The notes below the pieces were generated by a model. The model searched no databases. It saw only the letters and a list, made by a program, of their open reading frames with translations, and was not told where the DNA came from. This document shows, one piece after another, positions 15,098 through 28,064 of a stretch of DNA of 64,000 nt. Origin of the DNA: Scenedesmus sp. PABB004 (lineage: Eukaryota); the NCBI GenBank assembly GCA_014905635.1, contig JABVCE010000004.1, positions 992,001 through 1,056,000 of the forward strand, in the 5' to 3' direction. The position numbers and the translations under genes are program-made. How positions within the stretch are numbered: the first letter of the stretch is position 1; each line of letters starts with the position of its first letter.

Positions 15098-16708
15098 GCT
15101 CGCGGGCGCCCACGCGCCTGCGAGAGGGGGCAGGGGACGGTGTCGGAGCCGCTGCTTTGGTCTTTGGTCCCGCTTGCATTGATGCTCGCTCTTCGCTGTC
15201 GCCTCCAGCTTTGCTGCTTTCGCACAACTCCCAACGCACACAGCACTGACGACTGACACTCAGGCAACGCACACTCAGGCAACGCCAACAGGCGCTCCCT
15301 CTGCGACGACGACTCTGGCTCATTTCGCAAGCCGTTGCGCAGCATCTGGTCTCATGCTGAGGCGAGGAGGGCTCGCGGCCCGCTTTGCCGCTTGCCAGCA
15401 CAATCAACCAACACACCTGGGACGATGATGATCACCATCAATGTGTGCGTCTTGGGCTCTCACTCCCACGTGGCGCCACGGGGCGGGCCGAATGGACGAC
15501 GAACACGGAGCACTGCTGGCTGATCCATCCAGCTGCGCGGAGCACCGCCATTGTCAACAACAGTACTAACAACAGCAGTACAGCATGGGCAGCATGGTAT
15601 ACTCATGATGGCGCCGTGCTTGGAGGCGTGTGTGGCCTGGGCACCGCCGCAGCGCGCCCGAGGGCCGAGCGCGGAATCATCATGCTATCCGTCTGGGGAC
15701 GCGCCACCGCCCCGGCTGCCCTGCCTCGTCGCCGCCTGCCGGGCGACGCGCTGCGGCAGCCGCTGCTGCCGCCGCGCGGGCGCGCGCCGCGGCCTGCACG
15801 CACTGGCGGCAGCAGGTGGCCGTCCTCCTGCCCTTTGCCTTTCTGCACGACAAACAGCACGCTTTGCTTGTTTCGTACTAGGGGGGAGCCTCGGGTCGGT
15901 GCACAACAACACAGACAACAAGCGTGGTGGTGGCAAAGGGGCTCCTGTCCTTTCCTGTCTCTCTCTCTGCCGGCTGCGCAGCCGGCGGCTGTGGCGCACA
16001 CTGGCGTACCGTCTTGCTGACACACACCAGCACCAACACACTAACACACCCAAGCGAATGCATGCGTGCGAGCGGGTCTGGGCGAGGAGGCAGGCAAGGG
16101 TCGCGCGCGCGTGCGGCGCGGCCCTCCCCCCCCGCCATCCAGCCGGATCCAAACGCCAGAGGTCTTCCTTCTAGAGCCTTGTGTGCTCTTCGTGCAAGCA
16201 AAACTGGAGAGACCACCACTGGCGATGCGATGGCGGCAGCCACCGCGCGATGATGACGACGGCGCGCGCGCGGCCTTGCGGCGGGTGTGTAGAAACTGGG
16301 CGTGAGGGACGCGCTGCTGCTCCTGCTGATCGTTGTGCGCGGCCCGAGTCGGTTCCCCGTTTGGGTTGATGCATCCGCACGCTCGCTCAACTTGCGATGA
16401 TGGCGGCGATGGTGAGCACCAGCTCCTCGCTCCATCGCAGATACGTTGCACGCTAATAACAAAAGGCACTGCTTTCTGGGGCACGACAGGCGTCTGTCCA
16501 CCCGCCGCGATGAGTGCGGCGGCGGCACGCTGCTGGGTGTGTGCGGCGTGCGTGTGGAGCGTCGTCGTTGACGGTCGCCGTCCATGTGTGACGGGCATCG
16601 AGGCTCCCGGCAGGGCCGCGCGTCGAGCAGCCAGTCCAGTGCACACACACGCCAGCCGCACCGTCGTTGTGCGCGCAGCTAGCTAGCAGCCAGCGTCGCG
16701 CGTCGATC

Positions 16709-17554
16709 ATGGCCGCCGCGGCGGCGGGCAGCTCGTCCTCGCAGGCGGGCGACAGCTCCGCGCCAGGAGACGCCGTGCTCGACCTGCTGGCGCAGGTGCG
16801 CAGGAAAAAGGCGACCGCTCGCCGCCGCTGCAACCGCCCGCTGCTGCTGCTGCTCCGGCGCTGCAACCGCCCGCTGCTGCTGCTCCGCCTGCAACCGCCC
16901 GCCGCTGCTGCAACCGACGCCGTCCGCCCCTCGCGCCGGCCCGCCCTCCCGCGACCACCAGGGTCTGCTTCAGCTGGGCCGGCCGTCGTTGCTCGCCGCT
17001 CGCGGCGTGTCCCGGCACTGGCGCGACTGTATCGGCGCGATGCAGGAGCTTCTGGTGCTTCCTCACGACGCTTGGGCCGGCTGCGCCGCCGGCGGCAACC
17101 GAGGCAAGCGCCGGGCCGCGCTGGCCGCGGCGGAGGGTGAGGCGGGCGAGCAGGAGGAGGAGGACGAGGCACCGCCGGCGGCTGCCGACAGCGACGATGG
17201 CGAGTTTGTGCCGACAGTCGTCCCCGGGATGGCCCGCTCGGCAGCTCGCTGGCTCAAGGCGCAGCAGCGCAAGCAGGCCGCGGCGGCGCGAGAGGCGCAG
17301 CGCGCGCCGAAGCGCAGGCGCGCCGCGCAGCCCGGCGCGGCGGCGGACGCCTGCACGCCGTCCGGGGCGGGCGGCAGCCGCTCCCCCGCGCAGCCGGAGC
17401 AGGTGGATGAGGCAGCAGAGGACGGCGCCGCGGGTGGCGACGCGGCCGCCGCTGCCGGCGAGGGGCAGCAGCACGGCGAGCAGGCGCGCGCTGAGCCGCA
17501 CTGGGAGCCCACCGCGCTGGTGCAGCAGCAGCAGGAGGACGGGGAGGGCCTGGC

Positions 17555-17614
<60 letters not shown>

Positions 17615-18677
17615 GCAGCCGCCCGAGCAGCCGCCGCAGCGGCGCCACCCCCTGGCCTCGCTGCCGCACAGCTTCCCCAACTGCCGCGAGGTGACGCTGC
17701 AGTGCCGAGGCATCGGCGCCGGCATCGGCGGCGGCGGCGGCGTGGGCGGCCACGCCGAGCGCGTGATGGCAGAGAGCGTGGCGCTGCTCGCGGAGCTGCC
17801 TCGCCTGCGGGTGTTGGCGGTCAGCGGCTGGATCCGCGCCCTCGCCTGGCGGCCGGTCGCGGCGGCGCTTGCGGCGCACGAGGCGAGCCTGGGCGCGCGG
17901 CTGCACACGCTTCGCCTGGCCGGGGTGGAGCTGCCCCACCCGGCGGAGCTGCAGGCGCTGGCGGTCACGCCGGGGCTGCGCGAGCTCAGCATCCAGGCAG
18001 GCGTCAACAGCCAGATGCTGCAGCCGTCGCACCTGTCGGCGCTGGCGGCGGGAAGCCAGCTCACCTCGCTTTGCCTCAGCGTCTACCAGTGCGGCGGCAG
18101 CAGGCTGCCCCTTGACGCCCTGCTCGACCTCACAGGCCTGCGGGACTTGGACATCACGTACAGCGGTGAGAGGCCAGGAGAGAGCGGGAGGAGGGGTGTC
18201 TGCTTGGCCGCTTGGCCGCTTGGCCGCTTGGCCGCTTGGCCGCTTGGCCGCTTGGCCGCTTGGCCGCTTGGCCGCTTGGCCGCTTGGTGTCTGCTTGGCC
18301 GCTTGGCCGCGGGCAGGAAGGGCCCTCGCCTCAGCCCTCGGCGGGCGCCCCGCAGCGCTCGTTGACGACGAGGGCCGCGAGAGGGCCGTGGGCGGCCGCC
18401 ACGCTGCTGACGCCCCGCCCCGCCCGCCCGTCCCGCTGCCGCTGCTGCTGCCACCCCGCCAGGCATATTCAAGGATCAGCGCCCGGCGCTGAGCTGCGAC
18501 GGCCTCAGCCGCCTTTGCCGCCTCACGCGGCTCGCGACTCACCAGCTCGCCTCGCCGGCGCTGCCTCGCGCCGAGCTTCCGGAGAGGCGCTGCAGCCGCA
18601 GCGCCCGACCACGCACGCAGCAGCCGGGGCGGCGAGCAGCTCGCCCGAGGAGCCGGCGGCCAAGCGGCAGCGGCTGA
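16709..18677 (+). CDS. F-box-like/leucine-rich-repeat protein (3' end uncertain)
   Basis: LLAARGVSRHWR resembles an F-box end. LRR-like units LPRLRVLAVSG, LHTLRLAG, LRELSIQ, LTSLCLS, LTGLRDLDIT and LSRLCRLTRL. PolyQ tract. Confidence 0.55.
18203..18309. repeat. (CTTGGCCG)n 8-bp minisatellite in an intron
   Basis: About a dozen tandem units with one interruption. Confidence 0.95.
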
Positions 18678-19436
18678 GCGGCGGCGGGCCCGGCAGCAGC
18701 GTGGCCAGCCCCGCGCCGTCAGCCGGCGCCGGCGGCAGCCAGCGGGGCAGCCAGCAGCCGTCGCGCGGCAGCACGCCGGCCGGCGGCGCGTCGGCCGGTG
18801 ACGCCGCGGCGCCCGGCAGCCGCGAGGGCTCGGCGCACCCCGCCGCCGACGGCGACGGCGTCGCGGCGGCAGCGGCCGGCGCGGCTGCCGACGACGCGGC
18901 TGTCGAGCGGCGCCGCAAGGGCCTGGTGCTGCTGTTCAGGCTTCCCTTCAAAGACATGCCAGAGCGCTACCGCCTGCACCCGGCCTCGCTGCCGCGCGAG
19001 GCCGCCGCCGCGTCGGCGGCCGCGCTGCTGCAGGAGCTGCGCGCGGAGCGGGAGCGCGCCGCGGCCGGCGCGCCGGCGGCAGGGCAGCCCGCCGCCGCGC
19101 CGCCGCCGGGCCGCCCGTCGTCGCGCCGTCGCCGCCGCCGCCCGAGCCGGCGCCGTCGGCGGCCGGCGCGCCGTGGCTGGCGGTGGGGCGCTGCGTGCGC
19201 GTGTTCTGGCCCGACGACGTCGCGTGGTACGCGGCGGACGTGCGCGGCTTTGACCCCGCGACCCGGCGGCACACGCTGTGGTACCACGCGGATGAGGTCA
19301 GTGAGCAGCTCGACCTGGCGGCCGAGGACGCGGCGGGCCGCGTGCAGTGGCTGCCGCCGACGGACAGCAGCCGCTGGCCGCCGCCGCCGGCGCCGCCCGA
19401 GCCGGCCGGCGGCGCGTGGGGCGCGGCCGCGCCGGC

Positions 19437-19483
<47 letters not shown>

Positions 19484-21840
19484 TTGCGGCGCCGCCGCCC
19501 GAGCCGGAGCCGCCGCGGCCCGAGGCGGTGCCGCCGGGCTTCCCGCGCCTGACCGCGATGCTGCGCGACCCCACGGCGCCCGGCAGCGTCGACCTCGTCG
19601 GCCTGGCGGCGTCGGGCGCGCCGCTGCGGGAGCAGCTGGCGCGCCTGCTGCGCGCGCAGCGGGACGCGCACGCCGTGCACGGCCGCGCGCAGCCGTCGCT
19701 CGCGCAGCTGCCGTCGGGCGCGGGCCTCGTCGGCTGGCGGCTCGGCGTGTTCTGCGCCCCGGCGGGCGTCTTTTACTACGGCCACCTCACCACGTACCCT
19801 GGCAGCGGGCAGCACGCGATGTGCTTCGACGACGGCGTCGCGTGCGCCATCTCGCTGCCCGCGGAGCGCCTCGACTGGGTCGCCAGCGGCGGCCAGGCCG
19901 CGACTGCGGCGGCGCAGGGCGCGCACGCGGCGTACATGCAGCGCCGCGCGGCGGCCGCCGCCGCGCACGCGGCGTGGCAGCAGCGCCGGGCGCTGAGCGC
20001 CGCCGCCGCCGGCGGCGGCGGCGAGCACCTGGCGCGCCTGCTGGCGGCGCAGGTGCAGCAGGTGCAGGGCGAGCTCGCCGCGCTGGGCTGGCGGCAGGGC
20101 ATGCCGGTGCCGCTGCACGTGCAGGCGCGCATGGCGCAGCTCGCGGCGCTGCAGACGCAGATCGCGGGCGCCGCCGCTGCCGCGGGCGGCGGCGCGGCGG
20201 CGCCGCTGCCGGCGCACGCCGCGCACGCCGCGCCGCGCGCCAGCGGCGGCAGCGGCGGCGGCGGTCCGCGCCCCGGCGCGCCGACGCGCGTCGACGTCGT
20301 GTGCGGGGCGCACATGGGCCAGTTTGACTGCCTGCGCTCGGCGGTGTCGCTGCCGTCGGGCGCGGTGGTCAGCCCGACCGAGTTTGAGCGCCTCAGCGGC
20401 AAGGGCGCGAGCAAGAAGTGGCGCGCCACCATCCGCGTGCGCAAGGCCAACGGCCTGCCCGGCATCACCCTCGGCGACTGGCTGCTGCAGCAGGGCTACG
20501 ACGCGCCCGCGAGCGCCGCGGGCGGCGGCGCCGCCGCCGCCGGCCGCGGCGGCGGCGGCAGCCTCAACGACATCCGCCGCAGCCAGCAGCAGCGCAAGGC
20601 CGCCGCGCAGGCGGGGCTCGGCGGCGCGCACCGCGCGGGCTGCCTGTGCGTGGCGTGCAAGGCCGCGCGGCGCCGCGGCGGCGCGCCGCCGGCCCCCGCC
20701 GCCGCCGCGGCGCCGGCCGCCGCCGGCGTCGGCTACAAGCCGCTGCCGCTGCGCAGCGCCCCCGGCGGCGCGGCGCCGCTGGGCGAGTCCGCGCGGCGCC
20801 GCGCCAAGCTGCTGCCCGCGCTGCTGCTGGGCAAGCGCGCGTACGTGTCGGCGGTGCCGCACCTCGTGCGCGGGCCGGCGGTGCACAGGCCCTGGCAGCT
20901 GCCGGAGAGCCGGGCCTACTCGGCCGACGAGTGGGAGGCGCGCCAGCGCGGCGGCGGCGGCGCGGCGGCCTCGGACGGCCCCGCCGCGGGCAGCGCCGGC
21001 GAGGGCGGCGGCCGCGCGGGCACGCCCGGCGCGGGCGGCAGCCGGCCGGGCACGCCGGCGGCGTCGGGCGGCGATGGCGGCGGCGGCGGGTGCGGCGACG
21101 CCATGGCGGTCGACAGCGCCGCCGTGGACAGCAACGCGGCGGCGTCCCAGCAGGCGGCCGCGGCGGCGGCGGCGGCGGCGGCGGCGCTGCCGGGCGGGAC
21201 GCCGCCGCCGGCGGCGGGCGCGGACCGCGGCGGCGAGAAGCGCGGCAGCCGCGCGCAGACGCTGCGCGAGCGCCTGCGCGCGTGCCGCGCGCTCGAGCCC
21301 CGCCGCATCACGTTTGGCAAGAGCGGCATCCACGGCTGGGGCGTCTTTGCGCGCGCGGCCATCCCCGCGGACGCGATGGTCACCGAGTTTCGCGGCGAGC
21401 TCGTGCGCACGGTGCTCGCGGACGTGCGCGAGGCGGCGTACCGCAAGCAGGTCTGTGCGCGCCCGCGCCCGGCGGCGGCGGTGGCTGAGCCCCCGCCAAC
21501 CCGTTCAGCCCCTGAGCCCCGACGCCGCCGCCGCCGCCGCCCCGCGCCGCCGCTCTGCACACAGGCGCGCGACTGCTACATGTTTCACGCCGCCGACGCG
21601 ACGGTCATCGACAACACGGGCGCCGGCAACCACGCGCGCTTCACCAACCACTGCTGCGCGCCCTGCCTCTACGCCAAGCCGCTGGAGCTGGGCGGCGACG
21701 TGCACCTCGCCTTCTTCGCGCGCGCTGACATTGCGCCCGGGCAGGAGCTCACGTTTGACTACCGATTCAAGGAGGAAGACACCGAGCACAAGGTCCTCTG
21801 CCACTGCGGCGCGCCCAACTGCAAGGGCACGCTCAACTGA
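18535..21840 (+). CDS. ATX3/4/5-like (trithorax) histone H3K4 methyltransferase: Tudor-like, SAND, SET and post-SET; start not found
   Basis: GRCVRVFWPDDVAWY (Tudor-like); SPTEFERLSGKGASKKWRATI (SAND); FGKSGIHGWG, ARFTNHCC, ELTFDYRF, CHCGAPNCKG (SET/post-SET). In-frame intron 21451-21564; frame change near 19115. Confidence 0.85.
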
Positions 21841-22162
21841 AGTTTTGCATCGCGTTTTCGCGCGTCCGGCTCGCGTGGAGCGCCGGCTCGGCGGCAGCGG
21901 CGGCGGCAGATGGCCGGCGGCGCGCGCCGGCACGGCGGCGCGGCGCGGCGCGGCGGGCGGTGTCTAGTCTGTTGCAGCGCGGCGGCGGTAGACCAGCGCG
22001 CGTGCGGGCACGCTGCCGCGGCAGCCCGAGAGGCGGAGAACAAGCCGCGGGCGCCATGCCGGAGTCGGCAACCTCGCGCGCAGGAAGCACATGCCCCCGC
22101 GCCGCGCTGGCCAGTTTCCCGCGCACTCACGCACGCTCCGCGCCCGTCAGGACGCCGCCAGC

Positions 22163-22420
22163 ATGGGCGAGGGCGGCAGCAGCGCCGCCTGCCCTGCAGG
22201 CACCACCATCTGCTGCGCGCTGGACGGCCCGCCCAGCTCGCGGGAGGGCCTGCGGTGCCGCTTCCCCGGCGCAGGCGACGTTCCAGCGTCGGTGTGCGGC
22301 AGCACCGTGTGCTGCACGCCGCCGCCGGGCGCGGTGCGCGGCGCCCGCTGCTGCCGCTGCCGCGGGAGGCTGCTGCGGAGGCAGCGGCGGCTGCTCCGCG
22401 CTGCTGCTGGCCCCTGGGCG
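22163..22420 (+). pseudogene. Third, diverged copy of the Cys-rich exon 1 (22163-22333) plus part of its intron
   Basis: [57 protein letters not shown] followed by a GTGCG donor. No exon 2 found. Confidence 0.7.
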
Positions 22421-22565
22421 TCAGCGACGGCAGCCGACCAGCACAGCGGAAGCGCTGCGCCGGGGCCGTTCGATGACACCTGGATTACGTCTTGGCGGTT
22501 TGACCAGCGACGACGCGTTTTACAGCGCTGCCCGCTTCCAACCCCGCCGCTGCGGCCACGCCGGC

Positions 22566-25500
22566 TCATCGCACGAGCGTGAGGCACGGGCCGCAGCGCA
22601 GGCCGCCGACGTCGTCGCGCAGGAAGGCGGTGATCGCGGTCGCGGCCGCGGAGCACGCGACCGACGCGACGAAGCACCACCCCAGCCCCGCGGCGGGCGT
22701 CCCGCCGGCGTAGGTGTAGAGCGCACCGGACGCCAGCGTGCCGGCGAGGCGGCCGCCAGCATTGGCGAAATAGTAGAAGCCCACCTGTGGACATTGCACG
22801 GGCGTGGGCCGGGGCGCGAGCGGTGCCGCCGACCCGCCGCCGCAGGTTGGCGCCCCCCAGGTTGGGCGCGGTGGGGCGCGGCGGCGGAGGGCGGTTCAAG
22901 CGCCCACGGCAGCCCACCGTCATGGCGGCCTTGTCGCCCTGCGCGTAGCGCACGATGAGGTACGAGTGCACCGCCGAGTTGACCGCAAAGAGCACGCAGT
23001 ACACGACCAGGCCCGAGAGCAGCACGCCCGCCATCGCGCGCACGTCGCGGCCCGCAAACACGGGGCTGCCCAGCACCACGGCCGCGAGGTAGGCCGGCGC
23101 GAGCGTGAGCAGGCCGTTCCAGAGCAGCTCCGTGTACTTGTTGGCCGGGCTCTGCCGCAGCGGCTGCAGCACGAGCTGCGGCGTCCAGCTCTGCACCTGG
23201 CCGTAGAGGATGATGAAGCCCTGTCGCGTGGGAGGGAGGTGCGAGGGAGGTGCGAGGGAGGCGAGGGGGTCGTAGGGCGAGGGCGAGCGCGGGCGCGCCG
23301 CCGAGGCGCGCGGCCCCGCGCGCGCGCCGCGCCGCGCCGCGCCGCGCCGGACGCACCGCGAGCACCGCGCCGACGGCGACGCGCTGCCAGCCGAGGCCGT
23401 GGGCCGCGTCGCGGAGGAAGAAGGGCAGCGGCACCTCGAACCAGCAGTCGCGCGAGCCAAAGAGGAAGAAGCGCGCCGCGCTCAGCACGTTGACGTTGTA
23501 GCGCTGCCGCAGGAGCTTGGAGAGCTTCACGTTCTCCTTGCGCGCCCTGCGGCGCAGCGGGGCGGCGCGCTCGGCGCGCGCGGCAGCTGCGGCGCGCCCA
23601 GCGCTCGCGGCGCGCCCCGGGCCGCGCCCCGCTGAGCCCTGCGCCGCGCCGCGCGCGCGCGCCTGCCGAGCTGGTTGGACAGACCCACGACCGCCCACGG
23701 CATCGCCGCCGCGACGAGCACGAGCAGCACGCCCAGCGCAAAGTTGTACGACTGACGCGCGGGCAGGCGGCAGGGAGGCGGCGCGGCGCGCGGCTGGGTG
23801 GCCTGCTGCGCCAAGCGAGCGAGCGGCGCGAGCCCGCGGCGGGGGTGGCCGCGGCCGCGGCCTGCGCCGCGGCCGCAGCAGCCGCGCCGCGTTCGCGACC
23901 CCGCGCGCGCGCGCGCCGCACCAGCGTGAGCGCCGCGGCCCCGATGAAGTACCCCACGCCCTTCATGCTGTTCTTCCAGCCGGTGATGAACGACACGACC
24001 TTGAACAGCCGGCTCTGAGAGTGAAGGACGCGGGGGCGAGCGGGCGCGGCGGGTGGCGGCGGTGAGAGGGCGCGAGGCGGCGCGGAGAAGGGCAGGGGGA
24101 AGGGAGGCGGCCGCGCGCCGCGGCGCGCCTGCTGCTCCTCGGGCGTGACGAGCTTGGTGACCGTCTTGCCGCCGAGCTTGGTGAGGTCCTTTGCCACGCC
24201 GCAGAGCATCTGCGCGGCGGTCACAAACACGACGCCCTTGGCCTGCTGCGACGGCTGCGCCCACGCGTCCTGCCAGCCGAAGAGCATGCCGATGCCCGCG
24301 AGCTGCAGCGTCAGCCCTGCGGCGGCGGCAGCGCGCGTTCGCGCCCAGCGCGGGCTGCCCGCGCGCGCCGCCGCCCGCGCCGCCGCCCGCCGAGCGCCGA
24401 GCGCGCGGCGCGGCGGCGCACCGGTGAGGAGCGTGGTCTTGATGCCCCAGCGCGCGCCCATGAGTCCGGCAAGCAGGTTGGTCACGACGCCGGCGAGCTC
24501 GTAGAAGGAGAACATGATCGCGGTCTGCCACGCGCTGAACCCAAGGTGGTAGGCGTGCAGCAGCACGATCATGCTGCGCCGCGCCAGAGCGGCGGCGGCC
24601 GGCGGCGGCGGGGACGGGCGTCGGGGGCGTGGCGGGCGGCGCGCGGCTGCCGCGCCGCGCCGCGTGCCCCGCCCCCGCGCGCCGGGACGGGGGGGAGGGG
24701 ACGGGGCGCTGCCGTGCCGCACCGCACTGCGCCGTCTGTGGTGGTGAAGAGGAGGTATGAGAGGGAGATGATGACAAAGGGCTTCAGCGCAGAGTACTCG
24801 CGCCGCAGGTACCTGGGCGCAGCGCGGCGAGACGCGCGGCACGCGGCGCCAGGCCGCGCGCGGCGCGGGGCCCAGGGTCGGCGGGGACGGGCGGCAGCGG
24901 CAGGGCCGCGGGCGGCGGCCGCGGCGGAGCGCGCGCGGCACCCGCGTGCGCGCACTCGCTGCGGGTCTCGTCTGCGCGGCGGCCGAAGTCGGCGCCGCCG
25001 GTGGCGGCCTGTGCGTCGTCTTTGGCGCAGCTGGCTGGCGCGGCCTCTTCGAGCAAACTGCGGCAGGTGGTGCGGCTGCGCTTCAGCGCGTGGAGAGCGC
25101 CGAGCCTCAGGTGCCTGGCCGCGGCAGCTCCCCCCCCCTGCCCTCCACTGCCCAGCGGCGCAGCGCGCGCACCTCTGGTGCTGCGCCTCATAGCTGGGGC
25201 TCTGATAGATGGCCCGGTCTGCGGCGTCCACGACCGCGAAGCAGTCCCCTACCTCATCCTGCGCGTGCCGCGGTGGCAGCGCGCGGCGTGAGCTGTGACG
25301 GCACCAGCTGCCCCCCCTGGCGCCGGGGCCAGCAGCAGCGCGGGGCAGCCTCCAGCGGCAGCGGCGCAGCCGCGTCGGCAGCGGCAGCAGCGGGCGCGGC
25401 GCACCGCGCCCGGCGGCGGCGTGCAGCACACGGCGCTGCCGCACACGGACGCTGGCACGTCCCCTGCGCCGGGGAAGCGGCAGCGCAGGCCCTCCCGCGA

Positions 25501-25572
25501 GCTGGGCGGGGCGTCCAGCGCGCAGCAGATGGTGGCGCCCGCGGGGCAGGGGGCGCTGTCAGTCTCGCCCAT
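22566..25572 (-). CDS. arsJ: ArsJ-like organoarsenical efflux MFS transporter with Cys-rich N-terminal extension
   Basis: YLLFTTTDGAVRMIVLLH, FYELAGVVTNL, GVAKDLTKLGGK, TGWKNSMKGVGYFIG, LSAARFFLFGSRDCWFEVPLP, FAVNSAVHSYLI, VGFYYFANAGGRLAGT. Exons join in phase, including two GC donors. TGTAA at 22524-22520. Confidence 0.9.
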
Positions 25573-25880
25573 GCTGCCGGCTGTCTGACCGCGTGGAGGG
25601 AGCGGCGAGCTGCCCAGCGCGGCAGGCGCGCACTGGCCGAGTTCCGAGACCCGGGACGCATATGCCGCCCCCTCGATTCCCGTCAGCCCCGCGACACACC
25701 GCGCGACGCCGCTGCCGCCGGACCGACACCGCGATCGCCCCGCCGCCGCACGCACCGCGCCGTGCCAGCAGTGCCGCCCGCCGTGGCCGCTGCCGCTGCC
25801 GCTGCCGCTGCCGCCGCGCCCGCACGCGCCGCCATGCCGGTCAGGGTCGCGATCAACGGCTGCGGCCGCATCGGTGAGAT
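25130..25880. repeat. Inverted repeat, left arm (arsJ exons 1-2, bidirectional promoter, orphan GAPDH exon 1 at 25834-25873 on +)
   Basis: Near-identical reverse complement of 28018-28750. Confidence 0.92.
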
Positions 25881-26092
25881 TACAGACGTGGCGTCCGGCC
25901 CACGTGTTGAGGCTGCCGCAAGTGCCGGCGCCTGGTCAACCGCAATGACAGAGTTCAGGGCGCGACGCCGGCGCGCTGGTGCGGAGTTTGGTGTCTTGGT
26001 TGTTGGTTGGTTCCACGCGCTGCTCGCAACCGGGCTGGCTCCACGACCCGCCGCGTCACTGCCACGCGCCGGCGCTCATGTGCCGGGCCGCG

Positions 26093-26135
26093 TCACGCCT
26101 GGCCCTTGGCCACGATGGCCGCGAGGTCGACCATG

Positions 26136-26168
<33 letters not shown>

Positions 26169-28064
26169 GCGTAGATCTTGACCATGCTGCCGTCAATCAC
26201 CTGCAGAGCGCCGTCCAACGCGGCGGCGCGGCGGCGCCGGCGGCGTCAGCGCGCGCCTGTCGGCGCCCTCTGTGCGCGAGGAGCGGCGGCCTCACGCGCC
26301 TGCCCGCGCGCCCGCCCCACCTGCGTGCACGCCGCGTCCACGATGGAGCTGCGTGCGTCGTTCACGTAGTCGGTGCTCACCAGCGGCCGCTCCTCAAAGC
26401 CCAGGATGCCGCGCAGGTAGGTCGCCGACGCCTCCTGCGGTGTGGTGTGTGGGTGTGGGTGTGGGTGTGGGTGTGGGTGTGGGTGGAAGCCGCGTGCGTG
26501 GCGCGGCGCGGCGGCTGGCGCCGCGCCGCCGCGCCTTGAGCAGCGCGTTGACCTCCTCCGCGCTGGTGCCGCGCTTGACCTCAAACACGCAGTCCGTGAT
26601 GGAGCTGTTGGTGAGCGGCACGCGCACGGCGAGGCCGTTGAGCTTGCCCTTGAGCTCAGGGAAGATCAGGGCGATCGCGGTCGCGCTGCCCGTGCTCGTG
26701 GGCGCGAGGTTGACCAGCCCCGACCTGCGCGCGCGCGCGCGCGGGGCGGGCGGGCGGCGGCCGCGAGGTCGGACGGCGGCCGCGCCGTCGCGCCCCCGCG
26801 GCTGCGCCCCGCGGCGCGGCGCGGCGCGGCGGCGCCCCGCGCGCGCGCACCGCGCGCGGCGCAGGTCTGTCTTCTTGGTGTTGGGTGCGTCGACGAGCGT
26901 CTGCGTGTTGGTGAGGTTGTGGATGGTCGTGATGCAGCCGTGCACGATGCCGAGCTTCTCCTGGATGACCTTGACCACCGGCGCGAGGCAGTTGGTCGTG
27001 CACGACGCGGCGGTGACGATGTCGTCGACCTCAGGCTTGTACAGGTGCTGGCGCCAGTCACGGGCGGGCGGGTGGGCGGCCGGGCGGGTGGCGGCGGGCG
27101 GCGGCGGGCAGCGGCGGCCGGCGTGGGGCGGCGCGGCGGCGGCCGGCCGGCGCGGCGCCACGCGTGCAGCTGCCGATCGGGCGGCGGCGGCGGCGGCGGC
27201 GGCGGCGCACGTCGTTCACGCCGACCACGACGTTGAGCACGGGGTTTGGGTCCTTGACCGGCGCGCTGACCACGACCTTGCGCACGCCCTTCTCAAAGTA
27301 TGGCGCCAGCGCGGCGCGCGTGAGGAAGGCGCCCGTGCACTCCCAGACCTGGTCCAACTTGCCCAGGCCGGCATAGTCCAGCTGCACCGGCGGCAGCGCG
27401 GGCGGCAGCGGCGGCGCGGCGGGGCAGGGTCGCCCGGCGCGGCCGGGCGCGCGGCCGGCGTGGCGCGCGGGGGCAGCGCACGGCGCCGCACCTCGGCCGG
27501 CGTCTTGGCCTGGGTGTAGGGGATGCGCGCCACGCGCTCGCCAGCCGTGACCACGATGCAGCCGCCCTCCACGGTCACACCGTGCCCCGCCCAGGTGCCT
27601 GCGCCGCGCGCCGGCGCCCGGTGAGCGGCGGTGAGCGGCGGCGAGCGGTCGCGGCTGCGCGAGGCTCGGCGGCAGCGGCGCCCGCGCACCGTGCACGCTG
27701 TCAAACTGGATGAGGTACGCGGTGGACTCGGCGGACGCGAGGTCGTTCAGGTGCACAAACTCAAACTCGCCCGGCCGGTCGAACGCCACCCGGAACGCGA
27801 GGCGGCCTGCGGCGCGCGGCGCAGGTGCGCGGCACGCAGTGCGCGGCGCGCGGTGCGGTCTCAGCGGCGGCGGCATCAGGCGGCGGGGGACTGCACCCTG
27901 CTGGCCTGCTGCGGGGCGTGCTGGTGGTGCTGCTGCCGCTGCTGCTGGTGCCGCCTCTTGCTGCTGCCGGTACTTCGCCCCTGCGCGCGGGATCTGGGCC
28001 CTCCACGTGTGTTATGCATCTCACCGATGCGGCCGCAGCCGTTGATCGCGACCCTGACCGGCAT
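26093..28064 (-). CDS. Glyceraldehyde-3-phosphate dehydrogenase, ArsJ-associated type
   Basis: [102 protein letters not shown]. These resemble bacterial ars-operon GAPDH more than GapA/GapC. TGTAA at 25884-25880. Confidence 0.92.

Noticed and set aside
15100..16700. Gene-free interval with an ATGATGA...CTGA pair at about 15425-15523
   Set aside because: No convincing terminal stem or recognisable rRNA guide, and no credible coding exons.
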